In this document: piece after piece, positions 21,177 to 26,300 of the stretch
Position numbering within the stretch: the stretch's first letter is position 1
How the letters are laid out: each line of letters begins with the position of its first letter
From: a virus
Lineage: Duplodnaviria; Heunggongvirae; Uroviricota; Caudoviricetes
DNA: 26,300 bases
Direction: 5' to 3' (one strand)
Virus record (IMG/VR): IMGVR_UViG_2602041671_000009
Notes under the pieces: generated by a model
Database searches by the model: none
Told to the model about the DNA's origin: nothing
Seen by the model: only the letters and a program-made list of their open reading frames with translations
Program-made: the position numbers and the translations under genes

Positions 21177-21209
21177 TTGACAATGTACCTATGAGATACA
21201 TAATGTACC
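21177..21209 (+). promoter_or_regulatory. sigma70-like promoter with operator-like ATGTACC repeats (candidate pL-equivalent)
   Basis: TTGACA (21177-21182), 16-bp spacer, CATAAT (21199-21204). Heptamer ATGTACC at 21183-21189 and 21203-21209 shares the TGTAC core with the cI/cro operators. Confidence 0.5.
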
Positions 21210-21351
21210 CAAGAGAAACAACAAACAGGCAGGACGCCCACGAAGTAGCCGCCTGGGGCATATGAAGTCCAGGATGATTCGTTAGCAACAAAAAAGCGCC
21301 CTACAGGACGCTTAGCTCTTTAACAATCTGGATATCCACAACAGTAGTAAT

Positions 21352-21843
21352 CTACAGATTGCCGTTAAGTTTTCTGGACAACTCCTCAATGGATGGAGGC
21401 GATACGTAATCCGGATTTTTATTCATCAGAAACTTATTTTCACAGTGGAGGCACCTGCTTTTATGAAAAAGCTCATCTTCGCTAACCGGGAATGGTTGAA
21501 GTATCGATACTATCTTTTGTCCAAAACATTTTGGGCAAAGATGCATGGTTATGCTGCCACCGTTCACGATTACCTCCTTCGAGTATACAAAAGTACCCGA
21601 CTCAAGTTGGTTAAGGATATAGCCTTCCGTCTGAGCCTCAAAGTTTTCGAATTCTGCAATTTTAGCTTTGAGAGAAGCATTTATTTCTTGATAAGAGCCC
21701 ACCAGTTCAACGAGAGACACGCATTCGCGCTGAATAGACGCAAGCTTTGAGTTCAGCTCACCAATAGCCGCATTTACTTCAGCTTGAGTTTTTGCCTCGT
21801 TCATTAGTTTTGCAATCTGGGCTGTTTCACGAATAGCCGTCAT
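21352..21843 (-). CDS. hypothetical coiled-coil protein with C-terminal CxxC...CxxC zinc-ribbon-like motif
   Basis: 163 aa from ATG 21843 (MTAIRETAQIAKLMNEAKTQAEVNAAIGELNSKLASIQRE...CPKCFGQ...CLHCENK...). Convergent with cI; weak RBS, and the frame is open upstream so the start is uncertain. Confidence 0.45.
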   Translation of the reverse strand: MTAIRETAQIAKLMNEAKTQAEVNAAIGELNSKLASIQRECVSLVELVGSYQEINASLKAKIAEFENFEAQTEGYILNQLESGTFVYSKEVIVNGGSITMHLCPKCFGQKIVSILQPFPVSEDELFHKSRCLHCENKFLMNKNPDYVSPPSIEELSRKLNGNL

Positions 21844-21881
21844 TGCTGCCGTTAATTCAGCGATCACATTGAATACTCTTA

Positions 21882-21927
21882 TTGTTGTTGGGGATATCCA
21901 GATTAACCGAATCCTTGTTGTTGGGGA
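21882..21927. repeat. two direct copies of TTGTTGTTGGGGA(A/T)AT(A)ACCA, 33 bp apart
   Basis: Copies at 21882-21894 and 21915-21927, just upstream of the minus-strand orphan gene start. Confidence 0.55.
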
Positions 21928-22154
21928 ATAACCAGGTCCACCTCGCCTGATGTGGCTAAAAGCAGGCACATAACAGCTAAGTATTTTCAACCAGAGAGAA
22001 TCCTTAGCGTTGTGGTGAATGCGGCTCAGCGCACGCGGGTTAAGGTTGAGGCTGACAGTCGACCTTCTGTGGATACCCACCCGCCTGGTGTGCAACCTTC
22101 GCCAGGCACCGGGAGGCACCCGGCACCACAACTTTATGCTGTGTGTAGTCCTGG

Positions 22155-22198
22155 CGGTACCAGCTTGTACCCTTGCTTCCGGCTGGTACCGTCCTTTT
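22155..22198 (+). terminator. strong hairpin plus T-run (intrinsic-terminator-like) in the GC-rich leader
   Basis: CGGTACCAGC (22155-22164), 17-nt loop, GCTGGTACCG (22182-22191), then TCCTTTTTA. Confidence 0.45.
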
Positions 22199-22336
22199 TA
22201 CAAAACAGAGAAGAGCATCACCGGACGACGGGCTCATAACCCAATCCATCCGGGCGGCGGCCACCACAGGTGTTCTTCTCTGTTTTGTGGAGAAACTAAT
22301 CGGCCTTGCAGGGTCGATATGATGAGGAGCAGCAAA

Positions 22337-22699
22337 ATGGCTAGCGAACGCAGTACTGATGTGCAGGCATTTATCGGGGAGCTGGACGGCGGCGTATTTG
22401 AAACCAAAATCGGCGCAGTTCTCAGTGAAGTCGCTTCCGGTGTGATGAACACGAAAACCAAAGGTAAGGTCTCACTCAACCTGGAAATCGAACCATTTGA
22501 TGAGAACCGTGTGAAAATCAAACACAAACTCTCTTATATTCGCCCGACTAACCGCGGGAAAATTTCCGAAGAAGACACCACCGAAACGCCGATGTATGTC
22601 AATCGCGGTGGTCGCCTGACTATTCTGCAGGAAGACCAGGGACAATTACTGACTCTTGCCGGTGAACCTGACGGAAAACTCCGCGCAGCAGGTCGTTAA
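22337..22699 (+). CDS. hypothetical early-left protein (YfdP-like, 120 aa)
   Basis: ATG 22337 preceded by GAGGAG about 9 nt upstream. The ORF-track frame starts further upstream (22019) across the GC-rich leader and is probably not translated from there. Confidence 0.5.
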   Translation: MASERSTDVQAFIGELDGGVFETKIGAVLSEVASGVMNTKTKGKVSLNLEIEPFDENRVKIKHKLSYIRPTNRGKISEEDTTETPMYVNRGGRLTILQEDQGQLLTLAGEPDGKLRAAGR

Positions 22700-22764
22700 T
22701 ATCGTTCGTAATAAACTGATTATTTATCTCATCACTGAATATCTTTATATAGTGAGGACTTATT

Positions 22765-23589
22765 ATGTCTCAGAACTTAGACGCAACCGCAATTAATCAA
22801 ATCCATGCCCTTATTTCTGCTCAGGGTGTTAATGAAATTATCAGTAAGATTGGTGCCGATGCTGTGGCATTGCCTGAGAATTTCCGCATTCATGATCTGG
22901 AAAAATTTAATTTAAATCGCTTCCGTTTCCGTGGTGCACTTTCCACTGCCAGCATCGATGATTTTACCCGTTATTCTAAAGATCTTGCAGATGAAGGCAC
23001 CCGCTGCTTTATCGATGCCGATAATATGCGTGCCGTCAGTGTGCTTAACCTGGGTACTATTGATGAGCCAGGTCACGCAGATAACACTGCCACTCTCAAA
23101 CTGAAAAAGACAGCACCGTTCTCTGCTCTGTTGTCTGTTAACGGCGAGCGTAACTCCCAGAAGTCACTGGCAGAATGGATCGAAGACTGGGCCGACTACC
23201 TTGTGGGCTTTGATGCTAATGGTGACGCCATTCAAGCAACAAAAGCGGCTGCGGCAGTCCGTAAAATCACGATTGAAGCAAACCAGACCGCTGATTTTGA
23301 AGATAATGACTTCAGCGGCAAACGCTCCCTGATGGAGTCTGTCGAAGCGAAGACCAAAGACATTATGCCAGTGGCATTTGAATTTAAATGCGTTCCGTTT
23401 GAAGGTCTGAAAGAACGTCCGTTTAAATTACGCCTCAGCATTATCACTGGCGATCGTCCTGTACTGGTTCTGCGCATTATTCAGCTGGAAGCGGTGCAGG
23501 AAGAAATGGCTAACGAATTTCGTGATCTGCTTGTTGAGAAATTCAAAGACAGCAAAGTAGAAACCTTTATTGGTACTTTCACCGCCTGA
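22765..23589 (+). CDS. hypothetical early-left protein (YfdQ-like, 274 aa)
   Basis: Clean 274-aa ORF with an AT-rich RBS region; size and neighbours match the CPS-53 yfdQ context as I recall it. Confidence 0.55.
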   Translation: MSQNLDATAINQIHALISAQGVNEIISKIGADAVALPENFRIHDLEKFNLNRFRFRGALSTASIDDFTRYSKDLADEGTRCFIDADNMRAVSVLNLGTIDEPGHADNTATLKLKKTAPFSALLSVNGERNSQKSLAEWIEDWADYLVGFDANGDAIQATKAAAAVRKITIEANQTADFEDNDFSGKRSLMESVEAKTKDIMPVAFEFKCVPFEGLKERPFKLRLSIITGDRPVLVLRIIQLEAVQEEMANEFRDLLVEKFKDSKVETFIGTFTA

Positions 23590-23716
23590 TTTCATTACTG
23601 CAAATGCCCCTGCGGGGGCATTTATGGAAACGTAATTAACTCAATAATCACCGGATGGTGAGGGCTTCCTTTTACCAGAATTCAGCGCGGTGCAGTGCAT
23701 ATACGTGGAGAACAAA

Positions 23717-24253
23717 ATGTCATTTATTAAAACTTTTTCCGGGAAGCATTTTTATTATGACAAGATAAATAAAGACGACATCGATATTAACGATATCGCG
23801 GTTTCCCTTTCAAATATCTGTCGCTTTGCCGGTCATCTTTCGCACTTCTACAGCGTCGCCCAACATGCGGTTCTTTGCAGCCAGCTGGTGCCGCAGGAAT
23901 TTGCTTTTGAAGCGTTAATGCATGATGCAACAGAAGCGTATTGCCAGGACATTCCCGCACCACTGAAACGCCTTCTTCCTGACTATAAACGGATGGAAGA
24001 AAAAATAGACGCCGTAATCCGTGAGAAATACGGGTTACCCCCAGTTATGAGTACACCCGTGAAATATGCCGATCTCATCATGCTGGCAACCGAACGCCGC
24101 GATCTCGGGCTTGATGATGGCTCTTTCTGGCCTGTACTGGAAGGCATCCCGGCAACAGAGATGTTCAACGTGATTCCACTGGCACCGGGTCATGCCTACG
24201 GGATGTTTATGGAACGTTTTAACGATTTATCGGAGTTACGCAAATGCGCATGA
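23717..24253 (+). CDS. HD-domain phosphohydrolase (YfdR-like 5'-deoxynucleotidase family)
   Basis: 178 aa from ATG 23717 with H...HD-type metal-binding residues (HFYSVAQHAVLCS, EALMHDATEAY). Confidence 0.6.
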   Translation: MSFIKTFSGKHFYYDKINKDDIDINDIAVSLSNICRFAGHLSHFYSVAQHAVLCSQLVPQEFAFEALMHDATEAYCQDIPAPLKRLLPDYKRMEEKIDAVIREKYGLPPVMSTPVKYADLIMLATERRDLGLDDGSFWPVLEGIPATEMFNVIPLAPGHAYGMFMERFNDLSELRKCA

Positions 24254-24606
24254 ATGTTTTCGAAATGGAAGGGTTTCTTCGCGGGAAATGTGTACTGCGA
24301 GATCTGAAAGTGAACGAAACAAATGCTGAGTACCTGGTACGTAAATTCGACGCGCTTGAAGCTAAATGTGCGGCACTGGAAAACAAAATAATACCAGTGT
24401 CAGCTGAACTGCCACCAGCAAATGAAAGTGTTCTGTTATTTGATGCTAATGGAGAAGGCTGGCTGATTGGCTGGCGTTCTCTCTGGTACACCTGGGGACA
24501 AAAAGAAACCGGAGAATGGCAGTGGATATTTCAGGTCGGGGACCTTGAAAACGTCAATATCACTCACTGGGCAGTAATGCCAAAAGCACCGGAGGCTGGA
24601 GCATAA
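24244..24606 (+). CDS. hypothetical protein (YfdS-like, DUF551-type C-terminus)
   Basis: 120-aa ORF overlapping the upstream stop; C-terminal ...NITHWAVMP motif. Confidence 0.5.
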   Translation: MRMNVFEMEGFLRGKCVLRDLKVNETNAEYLVRKFDALEAKCAALENKIIPVSAELPPANESVLLFDANGEGWLIGWRSLWYTWGQKETGEWQWIFQVGDLENVNITHWAVMPKAPEAGA

Positions 24607-24836
24607 TGACCACATTTACCAATAAAGAACTGATTAAAGAAATCAAAGAACGAATCAGCAGCCTAGAGGTTCGAGACGATATTGAGCGCCGTGCTTATGA
24701 AATCGCACTCGTATCTCTGGAAGTAGAGCCAGATGAACGCGAAGCCTATGAATTATTCATGGAAAAGCGTTTCGGTGACTTAGTAGATCGTCGGAGAGCA
24801 AAAACGGCGATAACGAATACATGGCATGGGATATGA
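24606..24836 (+). CDS. small hypothetical protein (76 aa)
   Basis: ATG overlapping the upstream stop; charged, helical-looking product. Confidence 0.4.
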   Translation: MTTFTNKELIKEIKERISSLEVRDDIERRAYEIALVSLEVEPDEREAYELFMEKRFGDLVDRRRAKTAITNTWHGI

Positions 24837-24909
24837 CTCTCGGTTGGATCGTCTGGCAGCAACGAGCTGGTATCCATTTTTCAACAATGACACAGCAAGA
24901 GGTGAAATA

Positions 24910-25281
24910 ATGGAGCCATACAGCCTCACACTCGATGAGGCCTGTCAGTTTCTTAAGATATCCAGACCAACCGCCACCAACTGGATACGAACAGGCCGCC
25001 TACAGGCAACACGTAAAGATCCAACCAAGCCAAAATCTCCTTACCTCACAACACGGCAAGCTTGCATTGCGGCGCTTCAGTCTCCGCTGCATACTGTCCA
25101 GGTGAGCGCGGGTGATGGCATAACAGAGGAAAGAAAATGTCACTCTTCCGCAGAAATGAAATATGGTATGCCTCGTATTCGCTCCCGGGCGGGAAACGAA
25201 TTAAGGAATCTCTTGGCACAAAGGACAAGCGGCAAGCTCAGGAGTTGCACGACAAGCGAAAAGCAGAACTCTGGCGAGTAG
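24910..25281 (+). CDS. xis: excisionase-like HTH protein (Xis/AlpA-type)
   Basis: ATG 24910 with GAGGTG upstream. N-terminal [32 protein letters not shown] is a typical excisionase HTH. The frame runs 145 nt into the integrase gene, so the true 3' end is uncertain. Confidence 0.55.
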   Translation: MEPYSLTLDEACQFLKISRPTATNWIRTGRLQATRKDPTKPKSPYLTTRQACIAALQSPLHTVQVSAGDGITEERKCHSSAEMKYGMPRIRSRAGNELRNLLAQRTSGKLRSCTTSEKQNSGE

Positions 25282-26300
25282 AAAAGCTAGGGGATTTACC
25301 TGATGTCACTTTTGAAGAGGCCTGCCTAAGATGGCTTGAAGAAAAAGCTGATAAAAAATCTCTCGATTCAGATAAAAGCCGGATTGAGTTCTGGCTTGAA
25401 CATTTTGAGGGTATAAGGCTTAAAGATATCTCGGAGGCAAAGATTTACTCTGCTGTAAGCAGAATGCATAACAGAAAGACGAAAGAAATATGGAAACAGA
25501 AAGTTCAGGCCGCCATCAGGAAAGGTAAAGAACCGCCTGTTTATGAACCAAAGCCAGTATCAACTCAGACAAAGGCAAAGCATCTTGCCATGATAAAGGC
25601 CATTCTCCGTGCTGCAGAACGCGACTGGAAGTGGCTGGAAAAAGCGCCTGTCATCAAGATACCAGCGGTCAGAAACAAGCGCGTCAGATGGCTGGAAAAG
25701 GAGGAAGCAAAACGCCTTATTGATGAGTGCCCCGAACCACTGAAATCTGTCGTCAAGTTTGCGCTGGCAACTGGTCTGAGAAAGTCGAACATCATAAATC
25801 TGGAATGGCAACAAATCGACATGCAGCGACGAGTTGCCTGGGTGAACCCAGAAGAGAGCAAATCAAACCGCGCCATTGGTGTGGCGCTGAACGATACCGC
25901 CTGTAAAGTGTTGCGTGATCAAATAGGCAAGCATCACAAATGGGTGTTTGTACATACCAAGGCGGCTAAGCGAGCAGATGGAACATCAACGCCTGCGGTC
26001 AGGAAGATGCGCATCGACAGCAAGACATCATGGCTATCAGCTTGTCGTCGTGCAGGAATTGAAGATTTCCGTTTCCATGACCTCAGACACACCTGGGCAA
26101 GCTGGCTGATTCAGTCAGGCGTCCCATTATCAGTGCTTCAGGAAATGGGCGGATGGGAGTCCATAGAAATGGTTCGTAGGTATGCTCACCTTGCGCCTAA
26201 TCATTTGACAGAGCATGCGAGGAAAATAGACGACATTTTTGGTGATAATGTCCCAAATATGTCCCACTCTGGAATTATGGAGGATATAAAGAAGGCGTAA
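25137..26300 (+). CDS. int: tyrosine integrase (IntD/DLP12-like)
   Basis: 387-aa [50 protein letters not shown]..., C-terminal catalytic region with [11 protein letters not shown] and RRYAHL (R-H-R-Y). Stop is at the last base of the window. Confidence 0.88.
   Translation: MSLFRRNEIWYASYSLPGGKRIKESLGTKDKRQAQELHDKRKAELWRVEKLGDLPDVTFEEACLRWLEEKADKKSLDSDKSRIEFWLEHFEGIRLKDISEAKIYSAVSRMHNRKTKEIWKQKVQAAIRKGKEPPVYEPKPVSTQTKAKHLAMIKAILRAAERDWKWLEKAPVIKIPAVRNKRVRWLEKEEAKRLIDECPEPLKSVVKFALATGLRKSNIINLEWQQIDMQRRVAWVNPEESKSNRAIGVALNDTACKVLRDQIGKHHKWVFVHTKAAKRADGTSTPAVRKMRIDSKTSWLSACRRAGIEDFRFHDLRHTWASWLIQSGVPLSVLQEMGGWESIEMVRRYAHLAPNHLTEHARKIDDIFGDNVPNMSHSGIMEDIKKA

Noticed and set aside
21952-22320. 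Possible N-antiterminator gene or tRNA in the GC-rich segment
   Set aside because: The 95-aa frame lacks an arginine-rich N-terminal motif and has no RBS. No GTTCGAATC-type T-loop or cloverleaf could be found on either strand.

Overview
Almost the whole window (about 3.5-26.3 kb) is a mosaic, largely defective lambdoid prophage, read right-to-left in phage order; the leftmost 3.5 kb holds a ydfK/ynaE-like gene, a frameshifted methyltransferase, a Tfa-like fragment and a 5'-partial hydrolase. Homology calls rest on recollection of phage lambda, phage 21 and E. coli K-12 cryptic-prophage proteins (DLP12, CPS-53, Rac/Qin), not on a database search. From the right end: an IntD-like tyrosine integrase and Xis-like gene, a yfdP/Q/R/S-like early-left cluster, a cI/cro immunity region with TGTAC-type operators, a replication initiator with in-gene iterons, a Dam-like methyltransferase fused in frame to antiterminator Q, an OmpC-family porin moron, a phage-21-type pinholin and SAR endolysin, frameshifted Rz/Rz1, bor, cos and Nu1. 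The structural genes are badly damaged: terminase A has lost its C-terminus, portal B is fragmented and joined to a tape-measure remnant with head and tail-shaft genes absent, L is frameshifted, and J is truncated and fused to a side-tail-fibre C-terminus. Tfa is intact and is followed by a frameshifted Pin-type invertase. No rRNA, tRNA or CRISPR array was found. The most interesting candidates are an orphan coiled-coil/zinc-ribbon gene convergent with cI, the N-less structured leader upstream of the early-left genes, and the function-unknown yfdPQRS-like cluster with an HD-domain hydrolase.
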